The position numbers and the translations under genes were made by a program. The notes beneath the pieces were generated by a model. The model made no database searches, was not told the DNA's origin, and saw only the letters and a list, made by a program, of their open reading frames with translations. A stretch of DNA of 37,599 nucleotides from Perkinsus chesapeaki ATCC PRA-425 (lineage: Eukaryota; Protista; Perkinsozoa), in NCBI GenBank assembly GCA_013115145.1, contig JAAPAO010000344.1:1-37599 (forward strand), in the 5' to 3' direction. Position 1 is the stretch's first letter. Every line of letters starts with the position of its first letter. Below are positions 10,824-23,084 of this stretch, one piece after another.

Positions 10824-13800
10824 TTAATCAGTTGTCATGAGCTCGTGCACCTTATCCTTGAAGACCTCAGCTGCTTCCGCATAAAGCCACTAAAATGGAT
10901 CAACAGCGGTGGAGACCCAATCTAATTCTTAACGATGAAGAGTCTTCATTGAAGACGTCAAATACTGGGACATTTCCAGGTTTGATCCAACCGAAGAGAC
11001 CTTGTGTTTGACATTGCCCAATGGACAACATTCGATGAGAACATTCACTGAGATGACAATTTGAAGGAACTTCATACCTGGCATGGAAGTCTGTAATAGT
11101 GACATCCTGGATGATGACGAACGAAGTCTCCATCCTGGTATTCTCTCGATAGTACTGATTGAGCCGTTGCCTCATGGAACGATTGCATGTGCTCTTGTCG
11201 AACCACTCTCACCTAGCGCAGTAAGTCATGCAGGGGGCTGAGCATCAGAGCGTCGAAGAGTCATCCGTCTTCTCTCGGAATCCGAGACTCGGATATTCGG
11301 AAATCTCAGTTTATAGAAGAGCGACATATGACCTTCCATATGCGACAGACCTCTCCGATCTCGTTCAGTTAAGAGAAAGATTCGCCAACACGACAAATGT
11401 GGCAAAGATATCGAAGTAGCCTTCAAGGTAAAAGTTTTACCGTGGAACCCTACCGTAAAACCCTACCTCAGGCGGCCACATTGGGCCATCCAGCCTATCC
11501 CACTCTTCAGACCCTTCAGAATCCAGAAGTTGTCGTGTGCTTCGATCGTACAACAGTTCGTACTGCATTGTACCTCCGTAGTACTGAAGCGTAGGGGGTT
11601 TCGTTCATTGTTACTCTGGTCGCTGCAGTTGTGTTCTCGGCCAGCACCTTGCAAAATGCTCGACTGCCACCAGCGAGTTAGGAAACTCTTGGACCACTCA
11701 GAATTCCTCATCATCCAAACTCCGTTATTGATGCCAGTGCTATCAACTGCAATGAGCAGCTCGACCTGTCTCGGACTGTTATATGAGGTGCGTAGAATGC
11801 GACTTCACCTCGGGGAGATGAATACTCTCTCCTCTTTGGCTTTGAAGCTGAGGATGTATGATATGCTTTAACGTTCGGGTGAGCTCATTGTCCGCCTCTG
11901 ACACCTTGAGTTCTTCCCTATCCCTGTTGGTTGGATGCGAACGGTTATAAGTGTACCTCGCAAACGACTCGTGAACAATCTACCGGCAATATTCACCCCG
12001 AGGCTCACCACTATGGGTTGTAATTCTATAGATCGAACAACGAAGAGACGAAATGACAAAAATAGCGTTGTGCAGGCTTGACAGCAGTGCTTCTAGAGCA
12101 CTTTGTCCTCGAGCGACGAAAGATGGGCAGCGTTGATCAAGCACGGGTTAGAAATCTCCCGGTCGCTGGTTGGTGACTTCCTGCTAGTCACTTGCGACTC
12201 GCAAGTGACTAGCTGCAAGTCGCAAAAACGTGCACTCGTTGGAGGGCCGATTAGATTTACATTCGTATAACTGAGTCAATGGTTCTGAGAGGGTCCATAT
12301 AGAAGGCATCACAATCCATCCACATCACCCAATCGGGCCTATCTTCACTATCCATAACGTTACGCACGGCATTAACCTACTAATACAGTACATACAGCAA
12401 GTTGCTGCCGGCAACGCTACGGGAAGAGTTGGATAGTAGGGAAACGAATGTAAGGAATCAAGGCTACTACTGTAAAGTGTTTACTAAACAGTTGAGTAGC
12501 AATACCAGACATTGCTTAGGTATTAGGGAAATTGTGGGATAAGGAAGCGATTAGGCTACTCGAGAAGGGATTGGACGTTGAGAGAATTTCTCTCAGAGAA
12601 ATAGAGAAGAATAAAATAACTCGATTATGGTTTCCGATGGTAAATTGGAAGAGCTGATAAAGATACCTTCCAAAAGAATGGCTTTCGTCCATGGATCGAC
12701 ATGTTGCTCTCCGTATTTGGATATATATCCTCCGGGCCAGTGAACTGATGAAGAGTGTACCTTCCACCAAAAAATGAAGACATGTTAAGGACATCGAACG
12801 ATGTGCATCAAAACGGCTTCGGCGAAACCTTCACGTAAATCAGTATCGGAATATTCCCTCCACATGAAGAACTTTGATGCGGAATAGCAAATGGCTCGCC
12901 GTCAGCATTTCTGGTGAAGGTGTCAAACTTATGGAGCAAAACCCAACTAATCTTTTTTCCTACCCGTGAATCTGCGAGTACAGTGCATGGTTCTCTTCAC
13001 TTAGCACTCTCACAGTCTCATTTGCAGCATACCCGCATATACTAACAATGGCAATTTTCATTCCAGGCTCTCGATATCCTCGAATATCTGCTAGTTGAGA
13101 GGAGGTATCGGCTCCTTCGACAAACCTGATGTGACATGATCCAGTCACAGCGTCAGTCTGAGCCCTGCTCAGCTAGTTCTGTACTGTGTGTAGGACTCAA
13201 GGAAGTACACTATGCTCCCGCGGGCCGAGCGAAAGTGTGAAATGGCATGAAAAGCCGCTTCGCCTCGAGATCGGAGATACTATTGGTGTATTATATGTTC
13301 GAAAGCCAAACAATCGGCCCGGGATAACTTACTGTCTCGCGTGGAATGCCCCCAGAAGCATATCCCATCCTTGAATCGGCCATGGTGTACCTTGAGTTCG
13401 ATGTTTAGTCCTATACCGCATCACATGAAGCGTACACTCGTTGAAACCTCCATCCCTTGTGAATATGAACCCCATAAGCAGCAGTGCCTGCGCTCGTCGC
13501 ATCCGACCCTCCAAGGCCATTTCTTGAGCCAAGGACCAATACCTTGGTAAGTAGTGGAGCCAAACTAGCGACTTTTTCACACTACAAACTTGCTGTAGCC
13601 ATGGGGCACTCGAACCCCAAATGGAATGGTGTAGTTGCGGTATTGAGGAGGGTTACTAGTTGATGCCTCCTATGTTGCCTTGCAGATGTCCCGGCGAAGG
13701 ACAGCGCGCGTATTTTGTATCTGTCTGCAGACTTCGAGAGAAGCTAACCAGCCCTAGCCAGATCCAAAAGCAAGGAAATTTGCAATTGAGCATGTATGAC

Positions 13801-14021
13801 TGTAGGAATCGAGGCAGTTGCGATAACTCCATAAAAGCCTGTATTGGAAAGCATTACAGCTCTTCTCCTAGTATCTCCCAGTCGAGCCCCATAGCTGTCC
13901 TCGGACACTCATCTGATATGTCAATCTTGAAATAATCACACTCACAGAGACCATCTGGGTTTGGCTGTTCCAAGTTGCGGCTCGTGACCAGCAGGAGGAG
14001 TGTGGAGCCAACGAGGAGCAT
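10824..14021 (-). CDS. GT34 family glycosyltransferase (GMA12/MNN10/XXT-like), multi-exon, N-terminal signal or anchor
   Basis: MLLVGSTLLLLVTS start at 14021. Exons encode KIAIVSICGY..NHALYSQIHGY, KPFFWK, PDWVMWMDCDA (DxD, about 12300-12330), LLIAVDSTGINNGVWMMRNSEWSKSFLTRWW, DQS and QDGDFVRHHPG. Predicted stop at 10826-10824. Confidence 0.88.
11273..11294. repeat. Perfect 22-bp double palindrome in GT34 intron, T=TCTCGGAT
   Basis: t-ctcgga-a-tccgag-a-ctcgga-t. Confidence 0.9.
12183..12213. repeat. 15-1-15 perfect palindrome in GT34 intron
   Basis: gctagtcacttgcga-c-tcgcaagtgactagc. Confidence 0.92.
12580..12601. repeat. Perfect 22-bp double palindrome in GT34 intron, T=GAGAGAAA
   Basis: g-agagaa-t-ttctct-c-agagaa-a. 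Confidence 0.88.
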
Positions 14022-14793
14022 GTTATCCTGGGCAACTTGCTACTTTCAATCGATAAACGTCTTTAGTGGCTCAGGCTGAATCTGTTTTCATGATTGGTTT
14101 TAGACCAACGGTTTATAATCTTGTTTCGACCACAAGTCGCTCGTAACGAGTTCGCATAATCAGGAGCACCTTCGTGCTAGGGGCTACCCGACAGCCGCTG
14201 TCGGCCCCCCAAGCAGAAAGCTATCACGTTTCTGAAAACAAGTTTACGTCCATCACAGGCTTCTGCCGAGTCTTGCGGATAATCCCTTCGGCCACGCGAT
14301 GAGTAATCACTTTGACAAGTGTTGCCATGGTGCAGCACGTGAGCTACTATCCAATCACAGCTCCTCTTCAGTGAAGGATGTTACACAATGCCTCGGATAT
14401 ATGGTTACCAGAACTGTAGAATCGAGAAATAGTGCTGGTGCGTTCACCTGTCTTCGATATTTGTTACACATTAATTTCTCATTGAATAATATTCGAACGC
14501 AAAACTCAAAGTTACAGTGGAGGCTTTTGCGAGTCACGCAATGGCCGTCACTATACAGTAAGTCTATCATAATCCATCCAACAACGAAGACTCAGCGCCG
14601 CTGAGCTACTGACGGGTTGAGCAATCAATGCTTGGAAGTTTGGGATTAGAAATGTCATTGAACATTTTAAGATAAATCAGAAGAAGCACGGATGCTTTAC
14701 TATCACCGTGGATCACGGTCCGTGATAGTATCACGGCAATAAGACATTCCATTGAAACCGCAAAAACCGATGGAGTCATAAATCTTGGGGAGA

Positions 14794-15237
14794 TTACAGG
14801 GGACGGTCGTAGATGTATCGAGATACCCCATTTTTCCAATACATAATGATAGTGTTCGACGGCACATATATAACCATCTGCCTCAAGGTCAAAAAGACTT
14901 TCAACTCTCTAAACGCTCGCCGAAACTTCTGAGGTAGACGTGTCTTCGAGTGGATGTTCAGAATACCACCGGGCTCAGTAGTGTAGAGAGCAGAGATGTA
15001 CTCCCTTGAAGGTCTGTTAGTTTCAACTTCATCGCTGAGAACGAAAGTAAGGTTGCAAACACCAACAGAGCCACGAAAGTGAAGCTCCGTGACCGGGACC
15101 GTTCTAGCAGTTGAGTTGAACTGAAGCGTATATTTGCCGTACAGGCACGCGGGACATGTGGACTCGGACGGAGGAGCAGGTAGGGCGATGACAACGCAGA
15201 TGACAGAAGCGAAGGTGGAGAGGATAATATTGCGCAT
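14794..15237 (-). CDS. Hypothetical secreted protein, 147 aa, single exon
   Basis: ATG at 15237: MRNIILSTFASVICVVIALP, a signal-peptide-like start. Open frame to the stop at 14794; no recognisable domain. Confidence 0.65.
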   Translation of the reverse strand: MRNIILSTFASVICVVIALPAPPSESTCPACLYGKYTLQFNSTARTVPVTELHFRGSVGVCNLTFVLSDEVETNRPSREYISALYTTEPGGILNIHSKTRLPQKFRRAFRELKVFLTLRQMVIYVPSNTIIMYWKNGVSRYIYDRPL

Positions 15238-17151
15238 AATGATCTGAATTCGCTGCCAGACAATTGAACAATAGGAGAACGGGATAACGATCGCCGAGCA
15301 ACAAGCCACGGGCCTCTAAACAGTTAGACTTGAAACCTCAGCGCGGAAACAGTGCGCAACCTGCAGTCAGATACGTAGACATTTTCTCCTAATACATACA
15401 ATGAGCGTATTGGAGACAGCACGCATGTCGTTGTAGGAAAGCGAACAAGTGGATGAACATGCGCCACTCCAAATTGTGGCCACGATCTCCATAGGTCGTG
15501 AAGATGTATTGCTGTTTATCAACTCGACACTTATGCCCGAGTGGGGGAAAACTGCTTACAATTTCTTAGTTGGTCTGAACCTTTTATGAGCAAAAGTCGA
15601 TTATGGCGCCTATCGCCTGCGTGCGGACCAACTCCCACGCATGCACATGCTACCTTTCTGTCGACAATAGAGAGACAGAGTAGCCCAATCTACAAGGACT
15701 CCAATCGAGAAAAATGGATAAATACCGCAGCTAGTATAACAGTAGCCCGACTGCCGCCACTGCGTCATCGTAGCAAAGAAAAAATAACGGAAAATGACCA
15801 CATAATCATCACTGAGTAGCCCTTGTGCGGAGGGAGCCATCTTGTGGGGAAAAAGTGAACTTCACGGCGCAAGCGGCGAGCCAACACAAGCCTCATCCGC
15901 GCACCTAGGATCGAGGATCATGCGCACATCCCGCGATGTGCGGGCCGCACATTGTCGTCGTCCGGCCCATGTAACATGCATGCGTACCATCTTAATTCTT
16001 TCCATTATGAGGATTCATGTGCGCACTGGAATTATATTTCGGAGCTCCACTTCTGAATGGTTAGCTTTCTGGCCTTCTGTGGCACCTCCAGAAGACTCTT
16101 AGAACTGGGTCAGAGGGGCCTGTTATAAGCAGTCCTTCCTACTTAGCTTACTCTCGCTACAGTAATTCATTCTCTAATCCTTCAAGGACTCAAGTCTTCT
16201 CTTCTCAGAATTTCATACCACAACTGGCCGTCATGTCACCTGTGATCTTACAACGGTGAGGCCTTTCAACTTGGGAGATCAAGAATTGGATCGGGCCGAT
16301 TACAACCATTCACCTTTATACCATCGGTATGGGAAACCTTCAAGTGACTTGACCTATGTTTTAGTCTACTCCGAATAACTGCGATAAAAATTCGCGTGTG
16401 CGAGGATTCCCATATGCTTTGTCAACCCAGTTGCCCACGTAACGGTTCGAAACTTCGGCTAAATTCGCCGACCGTGATGTTTTTTGTGCCTAGCTACAGC
16501 TCAGCGAGGAGTACCCAATGCTAAGGTTTGCGCTCAGGAAGGATCGGCGGAAATGGGGCTGCTCTAAGTCCATTTTCACGTGTATAGTAAAACTCCTAGA
16601 ACACATGTCTCCACGATAGTAAGTGCAAGCTTTCGAGTTATGCTGGGATGGACTCTATTCAGGACCTATTCAGTCCAATCCACCTTCGATTGAAGTCTCC
16701 AAACTACCATGCTGAGCCCAGCGGTGTCCTCAGATTAGCGTCCAACCGAGACCGGTGGAATCAAGAGAAATTCAAAGTACGCATCGGTTCCCATAATCGC
16801 ACTGTCGTCCCGTAGAGTTACTGTGAGGGTGAAATGCACAAGTGATATATAAATATATAACGCATAAAATCCGATCCTTCAATACAAGTGGCCCGCGTAT
16901 CCTCAATTTTTGAAAAGTAAGCAATTTCGTGGCGCGCGACATTCCGAGTTGCGCTGCCTTTGTGAATTTTGTCTACGGTAATCGACAAAGGCCTATAAAA
17001 CTTAACAGTACGGGCTCACGAATTAACCTCCCGGGAATCGTTTGACTGTCCTGGTATGTCTCTTTGATCGTAACCTTCACGTTTGACCTAAGATTCGTAT
17101 TAGGTCGGGTCAAGGGCTCTCTCAGTTTGATTCCGTTTTCCGTATCCTACA

Positions 17152-19132
17152 ATGGCCCCCAAGAAGAAGGTAGAAGAAGTGAAGAAGGTTAAATTCGGTC
17201 GACCAGGCAACACCCTCCGTATGGGTCTCGTCGGACTTCCCAATGTCGGCAAATCCACCACTTTCAACGTCCTTACTAAGGTAGCTTGGCTCGCAGGAGT
17301 TTCTATACCGCATTTCTTTCACATCAGTGTTCTATCCCCGCTGAGAACTTCCCCTTTTGCACAATAGATCCCCATGAGGCCGTCGTTAACGTGCCCGACG
17401 AAAGGTAGTGTGTGTTGTTTTCTTTCGATTGGCTCACTTTCCTTCTCAGAATGGATTGGTTGTCGGCCACTTTCAAGCCCAAGAACACTATAGCGGCAGT
17501 TCTTAGAATTTGGGACATTGCCGGTCTTGTCCCCAACGCTCACGAGGGAGAGGTGCGAGCCGCTAACTGGGAAGATTCTTTTGAGGTTGACTTTAGGGCC
17601 TCGGCAATGCGTTCTTGTCGAACATCCAATCGGTTGATGGTATTTATCATGTTTGCCGAGCTTTCACTGATGAGGATATTGTTCATACCGAAGGAGAGGT
17701 GATATCTTAGGTTGAAGCGTGCAAGATGCACAAAATGTCGATTCCCTGCGCGTTTCTCAGGTTAACCCCGTTCGGGATCTCGAGATCATTCAGAATGAGC
17801 TTATCTTCAAGGACTTGGCGCAAGCTACCAATCGGGCCGCCGAGTACGCCAAGAAGGCCGAGCAGAATAAGAAGATGAAGGAGCTTCAAGAGGAGTAAGA
17901 AGTACCTGCTCCTATCTTTCTACTATGCGCTTTATTTTCAGATACGAAGCTCTCACCAAATGTCAGAAGATCCTTGAAAGCGGAAAGCCTCTCCGTCTTA
18001 ATGCCGACTGGACTTCCAAGGAGGTTGAGATAGTCAACAAGTAGGCTCGGTCGTATAGCTTCTCGGCTTTGAAGATGAGGTTACCCCTCACTGCATTTGT
18101 ATAAGATGTTGGATCCATCGAACCATTTCTGAATTTCATTTGTCGAATCGATTCTAGTACAGAAACTTACTTGGCGAAATTTCGTTGGACGACTAGTGGT
18201 CTGTCTTTCACAGGTATCAATTCCTCACCACCAAGCCCACTGTCTACCTCGTCAACATGAGCGAGAAGGATTTCATCCGTCAGAAGAACAAGTGGCTCCC
18301 TAAGATCAAGGAGTGGGTGGACGCTAATGGCGGTGGCCCCATCATCCCCTACTCTGCTGCATTCGAGATGGACTACCAAGAATGCGGTAACTTGTTTCCT
18401 GTGAGACTGTGCCCGTGAAGTGTGACGGTTAGGTGACTCTGAGGAGGACAAAAAGGCCTTCCTTGAGAAGACCGGTGCTAAGAAATCTATGATCGATAAG
18501 ATCATCAAAACAGGGTACGGCCGACGGCTCTCGAACCGGCGTACTCTCTCCTCAGTTACGACTACCTGGACTTGATTCACTTCTTCACTTGCGGTCCCGA
18601 TGAGGTCCGATGCTGGACTATTCAGCGGGGCACCAAGGCCCCTCAGGCTGCTGGAGTTATCCATACTGGTGAGGGTGTTGTGGCGTATTTCCCAGTGAAA
18701 TCACTAGGCTTAATAATAGGAACGCTTTACTGATATGAATAAGTTACGATGATGCGACTGTTGCTATAATGTGTGTAGTTGTTTGGATTATCTCGAGCCT
18801 TATCCATTCACGTAAAAATGGGAAAGGCTGATCTTTGCTCCACTTGACGCTCAGAATAGGTCAATAGCGTGTTTGGAATTCCGCCACTTGATGCTTGTTT
18901 TGTCAGATATGGAGCGCGGTTTCATATGTGCTGAGACCTACCGTTATGAAGATATTCGGGAGCTCGGCGACGAGAGCGCTGTAATAATCCCTCCTCGGTC
19001 TCACCCAGGAATAATGCTGCTTTCGATTAGGTTAAGGCGGCCGGTAAGCTGCATCAAAACGGCAAGAACTACGAGGTCCAGGATGGCGACATTTGCTTCT
19101 TCAAGTTCAACGTCACCAACAAGGGCAAGTAG
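17152..19132 (+). CDS. OLA1: Obg-like ATPase 1 (OLA1/YchF), multi-exon
   Basis: [13 protein letters not shown]-loop, [72 protein letters not shown] and [16 protein letters not shown]; TAG at 19130-19132. Confidence 0.97.
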
Positions 19133-19160
19133 ACGACGCCTTCGCGGTGGCGCCGCCGAA

Positions 19161-19208
19161 CTGTCTCCTCCGAGTTTCTCCTTCCACCTCACACCCGCTC
19201 TGGTCTAG
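19161..19208 (+). promoter_or_regulatory. Polypyrimidine tract plus AG; candidate trans-splice or 3' acceptor upstream of the next gene
   Basis: Pyrimidine-rich 19161-19200, TAG ending at 19208, ATG at 19263. No evident upstream donor in the 130-bp gap after the OLA1 stop. Confidence 0.35.
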
Positions 19209-19262
19209 CGTTGGGTTGTCGGGTGAAATATTTGGGAAGTGTTGAATTGCCAGTTGTCAATC

Positions 19263-21747
19263 ATGGCTGAAGAATATTTCACAGCGAAGCGGCGGTACCT
19301 GCTGCATCAGGGAATTGACCCTGACACTGTCATTAGAGAAGATGATGACTGGGAAACTGAGTAGTAGCGGGGGATTCTTGGATTAAGTTTTTACAGTAGA
19401 AATCGTCCTATGGGGATCATTCCGCTCGAATATAGAAAGCTAATCGGTAAGAATGTCAGTACTGAATGCAATGCGCGATTGGAACTTCAAGTGTGGTTCA
19501 TAGTGAAACTTTCATTCGTAGGATTTGTAACTTTGTGCCATATGCTTCATATGAAGTTTATGTCATATGATATGAATGGTATTTTTGCGAAGATAGCTAA
19601 GCGTCCTTAAGCTATCTGTTTAGAGGCGCATTACTTCTCAGTTGGACATTCCTCCCCCGTGGAAGTCGCTTTACACACTCATTTGTTGAGCCAGGGAGTC
19701 ATGAGCGGAACATCGATCAGGGGCGACTTATGTCTCCAGGAACATAATACAGTATGTTCAATATTCAATAAGGAAATCGTCATTATATTAGAAATTAATT
19801 TCAAGACGAGTTGCTCATTTTAACTGCTCTTTAATGATTCAGGTCTCAAAAGCTATCATCTCTCCTTGAAGAATATGAACGATCGGTAGACGTTCGAGCA
19901 GCATTGAGTTATGTTTGCTGTCGCGATATCACAGTTCCGTTGGAGGTGCCTCTGGCAGAAGACACCGATAAGGTAATACAAGCTCTGCACTGCCGGTTCA
20001 AAATTAAATCTACGTCATATAAATTCTCATATCCCGGCATACTGGAGGCGTCACATCCGTTTCTTCTAGGGATTATTCAACGCCCTCTACCTCACACGAT
20101 TTGGTCGAAACTGTAGAATTAGAAAGGGTAGGAAATTGGCCCGAGTTTAGAAAATTGGCCCAAGTTGTCGTCGATTAGCCAGGCTATTATTCTGTCGTAT
20201 AGGTGTAAGTCTGACTATTAATCTGTCGTATAGGTGTAAGTCTGACTATTATTCTGTCGTATAGGTGTAAGTCTGACTATCATTCTGTCGTATAGGTGTA
20301 AGTCTGACTATTATTCTGTCGTATAGGTGTAAGTCTGACTATTATTCTGTCGTATGGGTGTAAGTCTGACTATTACTCTGTCGTATAGGTGTAAGTCTGA
20401 CTATTACTCTCTCTTATAGGTGCTGTGTCTGGGAGCTAACATGGTGGAAACACCGGTCTACGCGGCACAGATAATATCCAAGCGACTTGAGCAGAGTTCA
20501 GCTCGACCGGTATGTACATTCACCTCACTTCAGGACATAGGCAGGTTTCTCCTCAGCTAATTCTCATCATTTCCGGTGGCATTGGCCGACTCACACCGTT
20601 GCTGTGCGACAATGTGATAGCTTGGTCCAAGAAGGAAGACTTAGTGGATCTCGGTAATATGGACGGCTTATTATTGTGGCCGACTCTCAATATGGTGCGG
20701 GGAGGGCATAGTTGTCTCGAGGAAATACATACCTCTAAACATGCACGCTCGAACACGTAGGCTTTTTTGTCAGCTACCAACCTTACCCGTGGAGAGGTAC
20801 CGTACCAGTCCAAGCTTAAAGGGCTCACCGAAACTGAGAAGCTGGAGCCAGTTCGAGAGGAAGACGCAATACGATTCAGCCGAGATGGATACAAGTCGAG
20901 GGACGATCTAGAAGGGTACTAACAGGTGTGGGGTGGGGTGTACGGGACTCCCGTACCACCCGTAACGGGAGGTTAGGCGGTCTTTACGCCGCGCATCTTT
21001 TAGCTACTATCATCATAGACGTGGACTGAGTCCGCTGGACTCGTTTCTCGCATCGGAGGTGGTAAACAGTTTGGGTTATCTTAGGTTCTTGACTGAAGGC
21101 AATCTCTATCTTGAAGTGATACTGGCGGTTCTAATCGAGAAACAGAAGATAATTGGCTATAGCGACATTCGTTTGTTGGACCGCCACAATGCAGCCTCCT
21201 TCGACAAGAAGAGCTTCTGTGGCAAACTTGTGATCATTCTAGAAAACACCAGCACCAACACGGGCAACAATGTCACCCACACGAAAGAGCTCCTCGGTGA
21301 AGCCAATCTATTGAGCCCCGAGACGCGAATGGCTGTGGTGGATATTCCCTATCTGGGGCGGAGGGCCTTAGCTACTTTGGCCTGGCATTTCGGTGAGCTT
21401 CTGGGAATTTGATCTTGTCGAAACGGATGCTCTGTAGGCCCGCTAGTAGCTGGCTACGAAGCGCGAATGCCTCCTGTGTTGCTTAACTATCCCGAGGATT
21501 TCCCAACCCTTCCCGATAGAGTTTTGGGAGTCCATATGGCGGCAGGAGAACTCATTCGAATGGCTAAGTACGTTCATTTTCCTTGCCTTTTGCGACCCAT
21601 GCATTTAGATATTCAAGGGGCACGGCCAAGCAGAGATTTTTTGACATCCCGGAAGATTTCCCGAGAGCTATTTACCAGCAAGTCGTCGAGGCTGAGCCAT
21701 TATTGAATGAGATGCGCCGTATTCTTGGCGAGCGAATTCCAGCGTGA
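19263..21747 (+). CDS. YdcF-like / DUF218 protein with N-terminal extension, multi-exon
   Basis: VLCLGANM..PVYAA, LIISGGIGRLT, IILENTSTNTGNNV, AVVDIPYLGRRALATL and AAGELIRM match the motif order I recall for E. coli YdcF (LLISGGIG, EDQSTNCGENA, VQDPTMQRR, GELPRL). Stop at 21745-21747; 5' exons uncertain. Confidence 0.78.
20184..20422 (+). repeat. 31-bp tandem repeat, 7 full copies plus a partial, inside the YdcF-like gene
   Basis: Unit CTATTATTCTGTCGTATAGGTGTAAGTCTGA at 20184, 20215, 20246, 20277, 20308, 20339, 20370, partial at 20401; no spacers. Confidence 0.95.
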
Positions 21748-22885
21748 TTTTTCTTCTGTTGCGTGTCTAGTTTTTCTTCGGAGTTTTGGCGTTGCGCGGT
21801 CAAAGGATGGAGATTCGGGGCGCCTCGGTAGTTTGTGGGAAATTGAACGCACCTTCATATTCTAAAGTACAGAACAGCAGTGCAGGGTTCAAGCTGTCGT
21901 ATTATACGACTCGTATGTAGTCTCCTAATTTGATGAGTGTGAAGGCTCACTCTTTACAGTTAGGGAAATTTCATGCGGGTTGGAGTCCAAGCTGGACTGT
22001 CCAACTGTTATACTACTAGTATTAGGAGTCGACTGAATATCACTAGTCTCATACACGGGACTAGCTCTTAGCTGCTAATTAATAGCTACGTAGTCAAGTA
22101 CTAAGCCAGCTACTTAGTCTGAGACTAGCATCGAAAACTTACGTGGGCCACGCATCAGACTAACGTTCTGTAGCACTGGCTACTAGCCAGAATAAGAGCG
22201 ACAGCTGCGAAAGCTCCAAGTTTTAGAGGATTGTCCACCTTTCCTGTGGTTGAGGCGTCCGAACGGAGATTATGCGGTGAAAGATTTTCTAATCCTTTTT
22301 GCCAAGCATCTAGCTTGAGACATACTCTTTCTAAGTTGAAGACGGATAAGGGCACTCGGGGCTTCATCCTCTGACTCCTGGAAGGATTCGCGCGCTTCGT
22401 GGGCTTAGTGCGACCTCTTAAAAACATACCGACGGAATGTACCGAGTATGACGGTCATACTCAATAACTACTGCTCAGTTATCAATGATAACTTATCACG
22501 TTCTCAGTATCAACATATCACACAGTGGTAACAGTGGCGAAGATCTGCGACAAGGCAAGCACTGATACATCTGTGCTTGCCAGGTTGCATAGACTGGCAA
22601 GCAACCTGAAGTTCCAAGTCCTGAACGGATAACTCCAACAGTCTTGAAAAAGTCAAAGGAAAAAGTCAACAGTGCACCAACACGTGTTATACACTGTACG
22701 AGGCCATTGTCTTGATGACAACTACCGTTAGACTCTCCGCTGTGTACTGGGCAGCGAAGCCTCGCACAATCGCATCAGGGCTTGCGGCCATCTTTCTTAG
22801 GAGGATGACAAATTGACATTGACAATGTCGTCTATCAGAGTGAGTTTGTTGCACATGGTGCTACTCGCGAAGACCCGCTCCGCCC

Positions 22886-22907
22886 GTAGAAAGTTTCTAC
22901 TAGAAAC
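22886..22907. repeat. Perfect 22-bp double palindrome, T=GTAGAAAC
   Basis: g-tagaaa-g-tttcta-c-tagaaa-c. Confidence 0.9.
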
Positions 22908-23021
22908 CCGAAGCTGAACTGGCCGTGAAAGCTGTGTTATATCGTATCCGCGGTGCCGAAGAAGCTCTGAATCGAGGCCCTGATAGCCATTCAGATGCGG
23001 TGGTCTCCGCCTTGGCTGCAG

Positions 23022-23043
23022 ACTATCTAAGATAGTCTATCTT
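23022..23043. repeat. Perfect 22-bp double palindrome, T=ACTATCTT
   Basis: a-ctatct-a-agatag-t-ctatct-t. Confidence 0.9.
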
Positions 23044-23084
23044 CACATCCTTGGAGATGCTGATTACCCTGCATGCATCTGGGC

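Noticed and set aside
13523-13533. Relict spliced leader (CTTGAGCCAAG, reverse complement of the leader 3' end)
   Set aside because: Only 11 nt match, inside a probable GT34 exon, and the flanks diverge.
13590-13625. tRNA T-arm on the minus strand (TGGGGTTCGAGTGCCCCA)
   Set aside because: It has an 8-nt loop, no acceptor or other arms, and lies inside the GT34 gene.
20184-20422. CRISPR array (repeat length 31 bp)
   Set aside because: Units are head-to-tail with no spacers, there are no cas genes, and the context is eukaryotic and intronic.
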